Positions 29,652 through 42,659 of a stretch of DNA of 64,000 nucleotides are shown here, in pieces (the first letter of the stretch is position 1; each line of letters begins with the position of its first letter). The translations under genes and the position numbers were made by a program. The notes under the pieces were generated by a model. That model saw nothing but the letters and a program-made list of their open reading frames with translations. It ran no database searches and was not told the origin of the DNA. Source of the DNA: the human T2T-CHM13v2.0 reference genome, Homo sapiens; assembly GCF_009914755.1 (NCBI RefSeq), contig NC_060944.1, one strand, 5' to 3'.

Positions 29652-30016
29652 TGATATGGTTTGGCTCTGTGTCCCCACCCAAATCTCAAGTCGAATTATA
29701 ATCCCCATGAGTCAGGGGAGGGACCTGACGAGAGGTGATTGGATCATGGGGGTGGATTTCCGCCATGCTGTTCTTGTGATAGTGAGTGAGTCTCACAAGA
29801 TCTGATGGTTTAAAAGTGTGGCATTTCCCCTTTGGCGTGGGCTGTCTCTCTCTCCTGCCGCCATGTAAGACGCACCTTGCTTCCCCTTTGCCATGATTGT
29901 AAGTTTCCTGAGACCTCCCCAGCCATGCAGAACTGTGAGTCAATTAAACCTCTTTTCTTGACAAATTACCTAGTCTTAGGTAGTTTTTTATAGCAGTGTG
30001 AAGAAGGACTAATACA
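29652..30016 (+). mobile_element. MSTA-like MaLR solo LTR
   Basis: TGATATGGTTTGGCTCTGTGTCCCCACCCAAATCTC...GGACTAATACA; exact TTCCC TSD. Confidence 0.9.
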
Positions 30017-30600
30017 TTCCCTTTTAGTGAGAAGACACAGGCAATAAACAAACTACTAACTAAATGCACAGTGTCAGGAAAGAGAAATTTTAGGAATCGG
30101 AACGAGGCAGGGTAGGGGAGTGTAGAGGTTCAGGAGTGGTGTTTTAGTTTGCTGTTGTGCCCAGGGCAGACCCTCAGATAAAATGCCTTTAAGACAAGGT
30201 CCTGTGGAATGGAGGGAGGACCTAAGGAGGCAATGCAGATGTCTGGTAACGGAGGGTCCCAATTAGAAAACACAAAAGATCAGAAAACCTAAGGCCTGAG
30301 TCAGGGTCAGTACCTGAAGTGGGGCTGAGCAGGGTGTTGGGGACGAGTTGAGGACAGAGAGGGCCTGAAGGTGAGATCAGTTATCAATCAGGTTAGGCCT
30401 TGTGAAGACTTTGGCTCTTACTCTGGATGGGAAGTAGAGGTCTGGCATTCTCTGCCTTTCATTTGGAGGGGAACCCTCAGGAGTGGAAGGGGAGCAAAGC
30501 TGGGAAAAGTAGCAATAAAGTACCTGCAAATGTTTTATATAGATTTTGTTCACATCTCCAAAAAAAGTGCAAAAACTCCCCTAGCTCTGCATTTTCCAGC

Positions 30601-30964
30601 CACTGTGGACTGAATTGTGCCCCTCCCCACCAAGTTAATATGCAGAAGCCCGAACTCCCAATGTGACATTGTTAGGGGGTAGGGCCTTTGCGGGGTGATT
30701 AGGTTTAGATGAGGGTATGAGTGTGGAACACTGAGGGTGGGGTCCTGTGGGTGGGGCCCTCCCTCTCTCTCTCAGCCATGTGAAGATATAGGGAGAAGGC
30801 AGCCATCTGCAAACCAAGAAGAGGGTTCTCACCAGGACCTGGCCATGCTGGTACCCTGACCTTCGGCTTCCAGTCTCCAGAACTGGGAAAAAGCAAACAA
30901 TAAATGTCCATTGTTTAAGCCCTCCAGTCTGTGGTATTTTGTTACGGCAGCCTGCGCTAAGACA
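30601..30964 (+). mobile_element. MLT1A-like MaLR solo LTR
   Basis: CTGTGGACTGAATTGTG...GCTAAGACA; exact CCAGC TSD. Confidence 0.85.
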
Positions 30965-31339
30965 CCAGCCAATTTTGTTTCTGTTTTCCCTCCCTGAAGC
31001 CAGTGAGGATGGGAGCTCTCTAGGTAGCAGTGTGAGGGTCTGAGGGAGACCACCGAGGGACATGGGTGGAGAGGGACAGTCATGGGTCTGAGAGGCCAGC
31101 AGGGGCCAGATCATGCCTGCTTTGTAGGACACAGTGAGGGGCTGATACTTCAAGATCTGTGGGAATGGGAGCGGGAGCCCAGGGAGGGCTGCAGGGAAGG
31201 ACTTGGCTCTGGCTGCTGTGGAGGGAGAGCAGGTGGTGGGAAGGCAGTGCAAAAAGTGAGGAGTCCACAAGAGACACTCAGGCAAAGTACGGGCTAAGAT
31301 TGCAGTGGCTGAGACAGGGGCAGCCGCCATGAGGATGAA

Positions 31340-31537
31340 CATCAGGAACGCCACAGAGAGGGTTGTTCCAGATGACTCCAAAAGCCCCCTCCAACTCTAA
31401 AGTTCCAATCATTGGATGCTCAGCGCATTAGCAGTGTCAGATATATATTTCTTAACCATACCAGAGGAGGGAGCTGGGGACTATTTGGGAGTTAGAAGTA
31501 TCAAAACCTGTGGGCTGAATGAGGCAGTGTGTGTGCC

Positions 31538-31570
<33 letters not shown>

Positions 31571-32396
31571 CTGCGTGTGTGTGCCTGTGTGTGTGCATGT
31601 CTCCATGTGTGTGTGCCTGTGTGTGTGCCTATGTGTGTTTGTGTGTGCGTGTGTGGCTGCGTGTGTGTGTGTCTCTGTGTGTGTGTGCCTGTGTGTGTGT
31701 ATGTGTGTGTGGTGTGGGTGGGAGTTGATGAATGGGGAGAACTCTAGGAAGAGTCCCAGATGCAGGCTTGAGCAAATGGCGCAGTGGAAGGGCAGACAGG
31801 TGGAGTGTGTCACTGGCCAGAGGTGGGGGGTTGCAAGAGAAATCATCAACCCTTGCTCCAGAGGTCCCAGGACACCAGAACTTGTGCAGTGACCTTGGTG
31901 ACAGGGACACTGCCAAGATCAGATGCTGTAGGGCCGTGTGGAGAAACACATGAACCTGGGGCCAGGTGGGCAGCAGAAAATGTGAGACAAAGCAGAGGAA
32001 ATGGGGGCTCTGGGGATAGGAGGGAGGGGCTCTTGGGCCACTGTTGATTGGGTTTCCTTTGAGGGCTTGGGGCCTTGTCCTGGGTGAGCACCTTCTTATA
32101 GGATGGCACTGGAAGACCAGCAGGTGACAAGGACATTACGATGTGGTATCCAACACCTGGGTCACTGCTGTAGTAACCAGAGTTCTGTCTTTTTTCTGAA
32201 TGTAGAATTTTATGAGCCAAACATTAAATTCTTTATTTTTTAAACATGAAAATTTCAAATACAGACTGGTTCACCATCAGGAACACCACAGAGAGGGTTG
32301 TTTCAGGTGACTCCGAAAGCCCCCTCCAACTCTAAAGTTCCAATCATTGGATGTTCAGAGCATTAGCAGTGTCAGATATACATTTCTTAACCATAC
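31340..32396 (+). repeat. 122-bp direct duplication (31340-31461 and 32275-32396)
   Basis: Ungapped alignment with 7 mismatches by manual count; offset 935 bp. Confidence 0.95.
31527..31715. repeat. Interrupted (TG)n microsatellite
   Basis: About 190 bp of TG units with CC/CT/TA interruptions. Confidence 0.95.
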
Positions 32397-33186
32397 AATA
32401 GATTTCCTACTTTAACTACCTAAATTTGTTTCAAAACCAACCACTATTAGGGGAGTTTTGTGAACTTACTTCATGTGCCATTGAATTTCTAATAGGTGAT
32501 ATCTAATTTTAAATTGTAGTTTAGAGAAAAAATGTTGCTATTCTATTGCTGAAACATAATTGATATATAAGGAGAGTTTGGCTTTGAATACATTTCTTTC
32601 TCTGTATATATTTATTTTAGATTTCATGAGCGAGTATTTGATTCTTAAAATATTGAGGACATTGCAAAACATGATTTTACTGGATTTTTCAGAATCGTAA
32701 AGAAGAATAATTCTTTTATAGTTTAGTAACTATCTAAAATAATTTAGACACTTTTGACCTTATTTTCTTGATGTTTCTTTGAGATGAGGAGGTAGTAATT
32801 GCAATTTCACTTTTTCTATTGAATAAAAAACTAAATGAAGTGTATGACACATTGCTTTTCTAACCCAAATTCCACAGTGCAACGTGACTTTGACTAGAAA
32901 AGTCTTTGAAACTAGAACAAAAGAGCAAGTGGAAAGGGAGACTCAACTAGAACCAAGTAGCTACCACATCTGACAGAAGAGTAGATTATTTGCAGTCCAC
33001 TGAAGGATGTGCTGGATGAAGCAGTGTGTTTCCTCTCATCACATTGCCTGAACTCTATTTATATACTGTGAAATGTTCTGGGATATTTGTTGAGCTTTAA
33101 ATTTAGTAAAGCAATATTTTATTGTTCTAGCAACAAAAAAATTAAGTTATTACATTAATTAGAAAGTGATCTGAGAACCTTATTTT

Positions 33187-33495
33187 GATATAGGAGGGGA
33201 GCAGGGAAGTGCTGGGAAGGGAAGGGCATGGTCCCTGGCTAGGAATCCATCCCTGGGTTTGTGCCCATGGACCTAGGTGAGGACAGGGATTTCTGTTTTT
33301 GTGTCCAAATGTTGCATTTCCCAAGACCGCTCTGGCCAACCATGCCCCCATCCTGTGCCTGTAAAAACCCTGAGACATTAGCAGGCAGAGACACAAGTAG
33401 CTGGACGTCGAGAGGAATGTACCGGCAGAGGAGGACATCAACAGACGCCCGCAGACACCAGGCCAGTAGGCCGTCGACAAATGGAACTATGTGGT
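33187..33495 (+). mobile_element. ERV1 LTR 5' portion (LTR27/LTR28-like)
   Basis: TGATA start; GGGAAGTGCTGGGAAGGGAAGGGCATGGTCCCTGGCTAGG...GGACCTAGGTGAGGACAGG; 3' end missing. Confidence 0.6.
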
Positions 33496-35048
33496 GATGG
33501 ATTGGCAAGAACCTTGAATCCTGGACATGACCATTTTACAATGTTATTGTTAAATTTTTTTCTTGAGCAAGGTATGTATAAGTAAGTAAATAAGGGCATA
33601 ATGTCAGGTAAACTGAATGGCTGGAAAGTGGCAACCAGGATTTAGTTATTTGGCATTATCACAGGTTTTTCAGAAACATTCAATTTTTAGCAAAAAACAA
33701 GTCCCCTCCAAAATTCAATCTACTGCAATTGATTTGCACGTGGTTTAATGCTGTTACTAGTCTATAAATAATGGACTCAAATATTTGAAGTTGTAGATGC
33801 TTTCATACTGTTTTAAACAAACATAACTTATATGCAAATGGTTAAGAATACCAGAAACATTGCAAGAATGCTCTTTTTAAATCCTGAAGATATTGCTTTA
33901 TTTTAAAGCATCAAGGATGATTTAGATTTTTGGAAAAACAGAGGTGGCATGAAGATTTCTGAACTCGCTCACACACAAACCCGTCACAGCCGCTGTGATC
34001 TATAAGCCAAATTTGTGTGAGAACTTTTCTTTTTTGAATAACAACAAAACAACAAAAACGCTCCTAACTGAAACTGGGAAAGGACTAGAAACTTTGTTTT
34101 CTTACTAATGTGAGGTTGGAAACATATTGGCTTTCAAGTGAATTGGCCGTGACCACAGCAGCACTTGGATCTGAGGGAGCCGAGATTGCAGGCAGATGTG
34201 AGTTTGGCACTTGCATGCCCACGTTAAAAAAACTTTTCTCCTTTCTCCTACCCGCACATTGAGGCTGGCCCTGCTGGAGAGGGGCAAACTGATTACAGAC
34301 TCACATTACCTGGAAACATGCCATTGACTTAACATGGGGCCTGTCTACTTAGGCGCTGATTTTTGAAAATGCAATCTTTATCCAGAGTATTTGACAAATG
34401 CTCAGAATGCTCAGAAATGTATTAATATACAGCCAGACAGCTGTCAAAGCAGCAGGCTTCTCCCCTGGAGAGTTCATTAACCTCATTTCCACTTGCTGAG
34501 TAAGGAGCTCTGTCTTGCCTGAGAGGGACCACGGTACCAAAATGTACGGATTTCAAGTGAGGAGTGAGAAAAATAACTGAAGTATGAGAAAATAAAGATT
34601 TCTTGATAAGGCCCAAAGACTAGCTCATTTCCTAGTATGTGTTTTAAATGCGCGTTTTCTGTTTATTTTACTTACCTATGCATTTATCTATTCATCTCTT
34701 TTCAAAATGCTTTGAAGGTGCAATGATGATATGCTATTTTATGAACTAATTTCCTTAATATACAAAGAGCTCTTTTAAGTCAATAAAAAGGTCAAAGCTT
34801 ATGAACGCAAAGAGAAGTGTAAATGATTTTAAAAGATTATCACTTATTAGCTGAACAGAGATGAAAACTTTGAAAATACACTGAGGTAACCAGTGAGAAT
34901 GCATAGTGCTGGTGAGGTTGTGTTAATTGGAGTGTAAACTAGTACAAGGTTTTTGGAAAACAATTGGGCAATATCTTTCCAAATTTGAAATGCATGGATT
35001 TCCTTGTCCCAGAAATTCCACCAGAATTCTTCTAACAGATAAGAAAGA

Positions 35049-35655
35049 CTCCCATTCTGTAGGTTGCCTGTTCGCTCTGATGATAGTTTCTTTTGCTGTG
35101 CAGAAGCTCTTTAGTTTAATTAGATCTCATTTCTCAATTTTGGCTTTTGTTGCAATTGCTTTTGGTGTTTTAGCCATGACTTGGAACCAATCCAAATGCC
35201 CATCAATGATAGACTGGATAAAGAAAATGTGGCACATATATACCATGGAATACTATGCAGCCATAAAAAAGAATGAGTTCATGTCCCTTGCAGAGACATG
35301 GATGCAGCTGGAAACTATCATTTTCAGCAAACTAACACAGGAACAGAAAACCAAACACAGCATGTTCTCACTCATAAGTGGGAGTTGAACAGTGAGAACA
35401 CATGAACACAGGGAGGGGAACATCACACACCGGGGCCTATCAGGGGGTTGGGGACAAGGGGAGGGAGAACATTAGGACAAATACCTAAAGCATGCGGGGC
35501 TTAAAACCTAGATGATGGGTTGATGGGTGCAGCAAACCACCATGGCACATGTATACCTATGTAACAAACCTGCATGTTCTGCACATGTATCCCAGAACTG
35601 AAAGTTTAATTTAAAAAAACCTGGGAGTTATAACTTTTGTTCTGGGGAAAAAAAA
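35049..35655 (+). mobile_element. L1PA insertion with 5' inversion, inside an older + strand L1M (~34740-35830)
   Basis: 35049-35179 is antisense L1 ORF2 sequence, 35178-35619 is the sense ORF2 end plus 3'UTR (TWNQSKCPSMIDWIKKMWHIYTMEYYAAIKKNE...); exact TSD AAGAAAGACTCCC at 35041-35053 and 35654-35666. Confidence 0.92.
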
Positions 35656-36248
35656 GAAAGACTCCCTCATGTGCACAGAATTTGAATATGGTACAGTGGC
35701 TAACTCTGGGGTTGGGAATTGGATACCAGGAGGCAGGGTGGGAGAGAAAGTCATTTGTTCTCTGTTCCATTTGTATTGTTTAGGTTTCCTAAGCATGTGC
35801 CTGTGTTATATAGTCACAGAAAGATAATTTAAAAATATATTTGTTGATGCATAAATGACTATAAATTCACTATATAAGAAGAAATGGCTTACAAAATTAA
35901 TCCAAATCAAACTAAATGATAAGAAAGTGATAAATGAATGTAAAGGGAAAATGGAGGTAGGAGCACTAGGATGAAGCCAGGGTGAAATCCTGTGTTATGC
36001 GTGGATGCTGCAGGTGGGCTGAAGTTCCTAGCAGCAAATAAAATAGTGAAGGGAAGTGTCACAGGGTGAGACATGATGCAGGATGTCTACTGAAAGAAAA
36101 CAATCTTTTGCTAGTAGTATAACTATCCTAGTCCTGAGATTAAGAGAAATTTCTCCTGTGGGTCCTCACAGAAAGGATTTAATAAATAATGTCCTCAAAA
36201 TCAAGCCCAGGGTAAATGCAACAGTAAGTTTCAATATCAATCTATCCT

Positions 36249-36731
36249 TGAGGTAGATTAGATTACGGTTCAAATTCTCATTTCCTCCATGTAATGGCTG
36301 TCCTTTCTACCTTTGCCTGGAGACTTAGCAGTGCCTCCCACCACAGCAGACAGAAGGTACATCTCACTCTACCCTCTGACATCAGCTCCCTCATGGAACT
36401 TCCTTTGGCCAATGAGCCGAGAGCAGAGGCGTGAGTTGTGTCTAGCCAGAGGGTTCAAATGTGCTTGCGTGATTTGGCTTGGCTTTTTGAGCTTCAGCAT
36501 TCTCCATGGGAAAATCATGCCCTGCGTAGGCATTGCTCCTTCAACCTGTGTCCTGGAATGAAGACACATGGAACAGTCTGGAACCTAAAACAAAGCCTGG
36601 AGTTCAGCTGAGATCAGCTAAGGTGTGGCTGGGACCTGTGCATATGGAATAAATGTTTGCTCTTATAGGTAAATGCGATGTGGAAGTTGTTCATTACTCA
36701 ACATTATTGCAGCAGAAGCCTGGTGAATATA
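36249..36731 (+). mobile_element. MLT1 (H/I-like) MaLR LTR
   Basis: TTTGGCCAATGAG...AATAAATGTTTG...GTTGTTCATTACTCAACATTATTGCAGCAGAAGC 3' end. Confidence 0.6.
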
Positions 36732-37039
36732 TCCTTAGAGATAGAGGGAAGGAAGTGAGAAGAAGTTCAGGAGGAGGCTTTTGAATTGCTGGGGATAATG
36801 GGAATAAGCAAGCACTCTAATAAGAGGATATGAACTTCCCCTAAGATCAAGACCCTATTTGAAGACTCCAAGACGTTACTGATGATGAACGGATTACTAT
36901 ATCAGGTAATACAGTGCTCTGTGAGTGAACTGCAAGAGTAATTACTTGTATCTCAAGAAAACCACTCCATGATTCTGAGGACAAATCCTGAGGTCATTCA
37001 TTGAAAGAATGAATAGAAATTGGGATGGATAAATAAAAT

Positions 37040-37229
37040 TGTGTGTGTGTATGTGCATGTGTGTGTATGTGAATGTGTGTGTGTATGTGTAAGTGCACGT
37101 GCACATGAATGACTACGTATGTTTATGCACTTGTGCATGCATATACATGTACGTGTGCTTGTATGCATGGGTGTGCATTATGTGCGTGTTTGCCTGTGTG
37201 TGCATGCATGCGTGTGTGTGTGTGTGTGT
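37040..37229. repeat. Degenerate (TG/CA/TA)n alternating tract
   Basis: Visible alternating purine-pyrimidine sequence. Confidence 0.85.
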
Positions 37230-37540
37230 TCTCTGTGGAGGGAGGAGACTGGAGATTCTCTTCCCCAACATTCGAGGCCAGTTTGCCAAAAATCTTGGTG
37301 CTAACTGTATGTCCAGGTTACAGATCCACACGCAAATGCAGACCCAACAACACTGAGGCTCATCTTTTGGGTTTCTCCCCATCTTCTTCACCATGACTCA
37401 GTTCTCCAAGAAAAATGTTGTTGCTACTTTCAGGAACAGTCCAGGATGAGAGCTTAAGGTAGAGTCCGGACATGTGCATGGAAGCACAGCCATGATTCTA
37501 TCTAATTGGCTCAAACAAAAGTCTTGGACAGTATTTTGGC

Positions 37541-37842
<302 letters not shown>

Positions 37843-39479
37843 TATATTTTTTGTGATTGGTTTTCTGAGTCTATAAAGAAAAAAGGATGTTCTTCAGCTA
37901 TTTGGGGACTTTTGGCTCCACCCCAGGCCCATAAGTGAATGCAACAACAAGGTTTAATGACTGTTGGACACTGTGTTTATCGAGAGACATTCTGCAGGGA
38001 AGCAGAAACAACATAATTGCCTATAAAAACATCCTTTAAAAAGTTAGCAGTCTAATCCATAAAAATGAATTTTGGCAGGTGCAAATGTAGCCAGGGCCAA
38101 GGCAGGGCGTGCGGTGGATGGGGGCGGGAAATCCATTCAGGCGCGGAGGCTTGCCTGTTGTTGTCCCTGGAGTGCGCCGTCCTCTCTCTTGTTCCTGCTT
38201 CTTTTTTACTCTCCTTTCTCCTCAGCAGCCATCCTCACAGGTTTGATGTGTGTCCTTCTTTCCTGCCTTCCTGCTAGCTCTGAAGGGCATTTTTATTTGA
38301 CATGGATGTGTATGGGGGATGTCCCCTGGCTCCTGACGCTTTTTCACTCAACACTGTAGCTTTAAGACCTACCCTTGTTGCGCCCGATGCACCTGGTTGG
38401 TTGCATTAACTTCTTCATGGTATTCCTGACTGTTCCTTACTGCATTAGTTCTCCGTCTCTCAATCACCTGCAGCTTCCCACAGGTACAAACAATGCTGGG
38501 TGAACATCCTGGTTCACATCTTCCGATGGACCGGGGTGGGGACTTCCCTGCGGTATGTACCTAGAAGCAGATTCCCTGGATCACAGGGTGCTTGTAGATT
38601 TAGAAGATGTAGAGTAGTCTGTATGTCTCAACTTGAAGTAATTCTTGCATTTTGTTCTTCCTTCACAGCCCTTCCACACCAATTCCTCCAGTTGGTCTCC
38701 CATTTCTGTTGTGATGCTGCTTTCCTGCAGGCTGGGTACCTCCCAGTCATCTTTGTCTTCTCTCTTCCCTTTCCCTTCATATCCAATCAGCTTCCTCATG
38801 CTCCTACCTCACCAGGTCTCCCATCCACACTTCATTTTTTCATTCCCACCGTCACAAGTCTGCATCAGATACTGATCATCCTTGAATAGATGAACAGTTT
38901 TCTCACTGTCCCCCACTTCAGGACTCTCCCTACATGAGCTGATTGTAGGTAAAAATGCACATTTGAATCTGGTTACTCCCTGGCCTCCAACATCCAGTGA
39001 CTCCCCACTACCTTCTGGGCTGGAATCTCAGAGCCTATGGAAAATGACTCTGGTCTTCTGTCCCCAGCCAAGCCCCTCCTTTAGTCTGTCTCTTACACCC
39101 TCCTTCCTCCAGCTCCTCCTCACTGCCCTTGAGCAGTACCAAACCTCTCCATTTCTTCCAGTCCAGGATTGTCAAACTTCAGAGAGCAGAGGGAATCTGA
39201 AAGAAAGGGTGGAGAAGGCTAATGATCTTATTGTGACAATTCCTGCTGAATGGATCCAATGAGAGAATCACTGTTCTGCTTGCTCATGTATTGTTTTAGT
39301 TTGTTGCAATAAAATAAATATTTGCATGGAGGGGAAAAATGGCTTGATTTTCCCTGGTATTGTTTCCTTTAATAGGATCTCTTTCTCTCCCAGCCCGTTC
39401 CTGTTGATGTCTTGGTTGGGGTGGCCCCCTGACTTTCATTTTTCTGCATCTCAAGTTCCAAATTTGAAGCCTGATGATC

Positions 39480-39532
39480 TGTCAGTCAGGGTCTCCAGAG
39501 AAACAGAATCAATAGGGGGAGCGGGAGAAGAA

Positions 39533-39589
<57 letters not shown>

Positions 39590-39911
39590 TTTTAAATAAA
39601 TGATGTATGCAACTGTGTGGCTGTTAAGTCTGAAGTTTGCAGGGCAGTCCTGTAGGCTTGAATCCAAAGGCAGTCCAGAGGGAGAATTTTCTCCTTTTAT
39701 GCAGGGACCTCAGTCTTTTCTCTTAAGGCCATCAACCGATGAGACAAGGTCCACCCACAGTGTGATGGGGAATCTGCTTTACTCAAAGCCCATCGAGTCC
39801 AATGTTAATCTCATCCAAACACACCCTCACAGCAACATCTAGACTGGTGTTTGACCAAACAGCTGTTGGGTACCATAGCCTAGCCAAGTTGACACATAAA
39901 CTTAATCATCA
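39480..39911 (-). mobile_element. MLT2-like ERVL LTR containing (GA)n at 39530-39585
   Basis: GTCAGGGTCTCCAGAGAAACAGAATCAATAGG...GCCTAGCCAAGTTGACACATAAA. Confidence 0.8.
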
Positions 39912-41009
39912 TGGGATCAGTCCCACCATGCCCCATGCCCATCTTTGGACCAGTGTTCTAGCCTCCTGCCTGTTCAGGTGAGTTATGGGAGAAAACTTAG
40001 GACCCCATGCAAATGCAGACTTTCTTTTACATTGTAAATACCACTGACATTCTTGCTCATCCAACTGGGACATTTTTGCCATTCAGTTTGTCAAGCAAAT
40101 ATAACGATGCATATTTTCAGCACACACTTCCACTGTTTAGCAGATGGCACATCTGAAACATGGTACATGGGTGTAGGCAATTATTTGACTCCCTAGTGCC
40201 ATATGGTGACATATTCCTTCTTGTGATACTAGAATATAAATATGTTAAATGTTTTGTGTATGTGTGTATGTGTGTGTAGGCATATGCGTCACATCTGGAA
40301 TCTCAAAAATATCAAGGAGCCAGATGTATATTCATATGATCATATGTGTATATACACGTATACTATCCACTCCTTTAACATAGTAACAGCTTACATTTTT
40401 ATCCTTTGGTTTTATTGAAGGATCCTGTAAATGAATAAAACCATAAGAAAACATATGGAAGAACAGTCAAATAGGTTATAAATATAATCAACACTGTTTT
40501 AACAGCATCACAGAGCAAGCATGGAGGGAATGATATTTTATTGATTATTTAGAGCCTAAGCCAGGCCTTGTGCAAGGCATTTCTCATGTATAATCTTATC
40601 TGACCTCATGAAGGAGGATTTTCCTTAAACTGGGGAGTCTGAGGCTTAGCAAATGAATCGCACAACCAGGATTTGAACTAAAGTTTACCTTCATCTAAAT
40701 ACGCGTTTTTCTTTCTCTCTCTCTCTCTTTTTTTTTTTTACCCCTATCGCATCATAGCCACATCTGTGGCCACACAAGAAATACTTTCCCAACACTCAGT
40801 AGCTAATTATTCATAAGGTTTTAGGGTGACGGTGGGCCATGTGCAGAGATGCTTTGAAAGTCTTCCAGGAAAATCATGCTTTATGGCTTAGAATTTGGGG
40901 ACATGACTGTACCTGAATTGAGATGGACAGGAAATCATTTCTACCTCCTTCCTGCTTCAGCACACCCCTCTTCCCACTCAAGAGATTCTGGAGACGCTTC
41001 AAGGCCATC

Positions 41010-42200
41010 TCCTTGCCAGATGCCTCTGTTTTAGAAAAGTCATTTCAAGTGCCCCAAGGAGAATGGATTGGAGGGGATCACGTTGGGAGACTGAACATGT
41101 AACACAGGTGGGATATGATGGAGATGGGAGTTGGTGGGAGGCCATCTGGGTAGTATAATCTACCAGACTTGGGGGTAGGTGGCCTGGCAAATTGGGGGAG
41201 TTAGGCCAAAGATGACTCCCAAGTTTCTGGTTTTGGCCGTGGGGTAGATGGAGACAAGGTTGGGAGGACAGATAGTTCGCTTTGAGTCTGTGGAGCTGGA
41301 GGTGCCTGTGGCCACCTGGGTGGTGATGTGGCCTCCAGGAGGGAGCTGGCATGGAGATGGAGCTCCAGGAGCCACAGTGACTGGCATAGTGCCAGGTTTC
41401 TAATAGGTGTGCAATAAATATTTGTGAAATGCATGGGATGTGGGGGGTGTTGAGCCAGGCACGTAGACTGGGTTGGAACAGGGAGCTGACAGGTCTGCCT
41501 CTGAAGGCTGTTACTGTCTGCTTAGTAGCAGGGGTTGTTATCTGTTGGTGGGGAGGAGTGGGTGGTGATGTCTTAGGATTGAGCCGAGAGGAGCACTATG
41601 AGCTGGCCAACTATTTGAAGGAAGTGGGTCAATGACAAAGGATCCACTTTGTCAAAGACAAATGGGAATGACAAAGGGAGCCCTGGGCTGTGTCAAGGGC
41701 CTGGTTGAGGTTGATGCTGGAAATCATCAACCATCAACCATCATCAAACATGGTGGTTCCAGCCCACTAGGTGTTACGATGTTGTCAGCAGGTGTGGGCT
41801 TGGGTCCACGTAGCAGCAGTTGGATTGATTAGTGGTTGGGGTCTCACTGGGTACGTGCCATAAAAGTGAGGCAAGAAAGTTGATGTGATGGACAGGAATG
41901 GGGCTGATGGGATAGACTGGGAGGTCCCAGAACACAGGAGAAGAAGGGCCTGCTGCAGTTGAGGAAGTTGAGCTCTCAGTGAGCAGAAGGAAAAGCGAGG
42001 TGGGTGCAACCAAGCGACTAAGGGGGCAGGAAAGGGGCTTCCGGTAAGAGTCGAAGTGTGAATTTTAATTTCGGTGGTTCTAGGGATGGCAAGATCCAAG
42101 GTGTAGCCAAGTGAAAGAGTTGCCAAGGTGGGATGGAGAGGGAGGTCGCTGGAGGTGAGCAGCCCAGGACCTGCAGATGAGAAGTGGGATTAGTGGTCCC
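41010..42200 (-). mobile_element. L2 remnants (antisense)
   Basis: AAAGATGACTCCCAAGTTTCTGG; GAGGTGCCTGTGGCCACCTGGG; degenerate, boundaries approximate. Confidence 0.5.
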
Positions 42201-42267
42201 CAGAGATGCCGTGTTCCAAGGGGAAGCCGGCGGTGGGCAAAGGACTAGCAGAGGGTTCAGTCCGAAG

Positions 42268-42286
42268 CCGCCACCAGGGGGCGCGA
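42268..42286 (+). promoter_or_regulatory. Strong candidate CTCF site
   Basis: CCGCCACCAGGGGGCGCG, an exact match to the canonical core CCACCAGGGGGCGC. Confidence 0.75.
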
Positions 42287-42334
42287 GAGAGCAGCAAGCC
42301 GTAACAGCTCGCGTAAAAGGCGGGAGCTGGGGCT

Positions 42335-42610
42335 TCCTGGGGGTTCCCTAGAAGCGGACCTCGAGACAAGGTCCTGGGTGCAAGCGGTTTATTTGGGGGA
42401 TGGCTGCAGGAGGCACAGGGTAGGAGCAGGGCTGGCAGGGAAGGGAGAGAAGGGAGGAAGGGCAGTGAAGAGCACACGGATGGAGGGGCTACTCCCGGGC
42501 CTGTGTGCAGAGCCTCAGCCCTGGCTCTGTCAGGCAGAAGGAGCTCCCGACACCTCTGTCATCTGCTGGCTGCGGAGAACCTGGGGCTGACGCCGTCCTC
42601 CGGGACCTCC
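42335..42610 (-). mobile_element. LTR16-like LTR fragment
   Basis: GGGTTCCCTAGAAGCGGACCTCGAGACAAGG...GCAAGCGGTTTATTTGGG. Confidence 0.55.
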
Positions 42611-42659
42611 ATCCAGAAAAGGGCCACAGAGGCTGAGGGCGTCGGGGCGGGCACTCCAG

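Noticed and set aside
30635-31381. Longest ORF (248 aa, - strand)
   Set aside because: Runs through L2 and MLT1A sequence, no recognisable domain, non-ATG start.
31416-31953. Cys/Val- and His/Thr-rich ORFs (also 37093-37396, 18902-19467)
   Set aside because: Translations of (TG)n/(CA)n tracts.
34927-35388. 153-aa ORF ending in an intact L1 ORF2p C-terminus
   Set aside because: Chance in-frame chimera of old L1M, antisense L1 and the ORF2 end; starts at TTG with no supported promoter. Transposon remnant, not a gene.
40137-40200. Weak CTCF-like matches (TTAGCAGATGGCAC; also ~57275)
   Set aside because: Lack the conserved 5' CC of the core.
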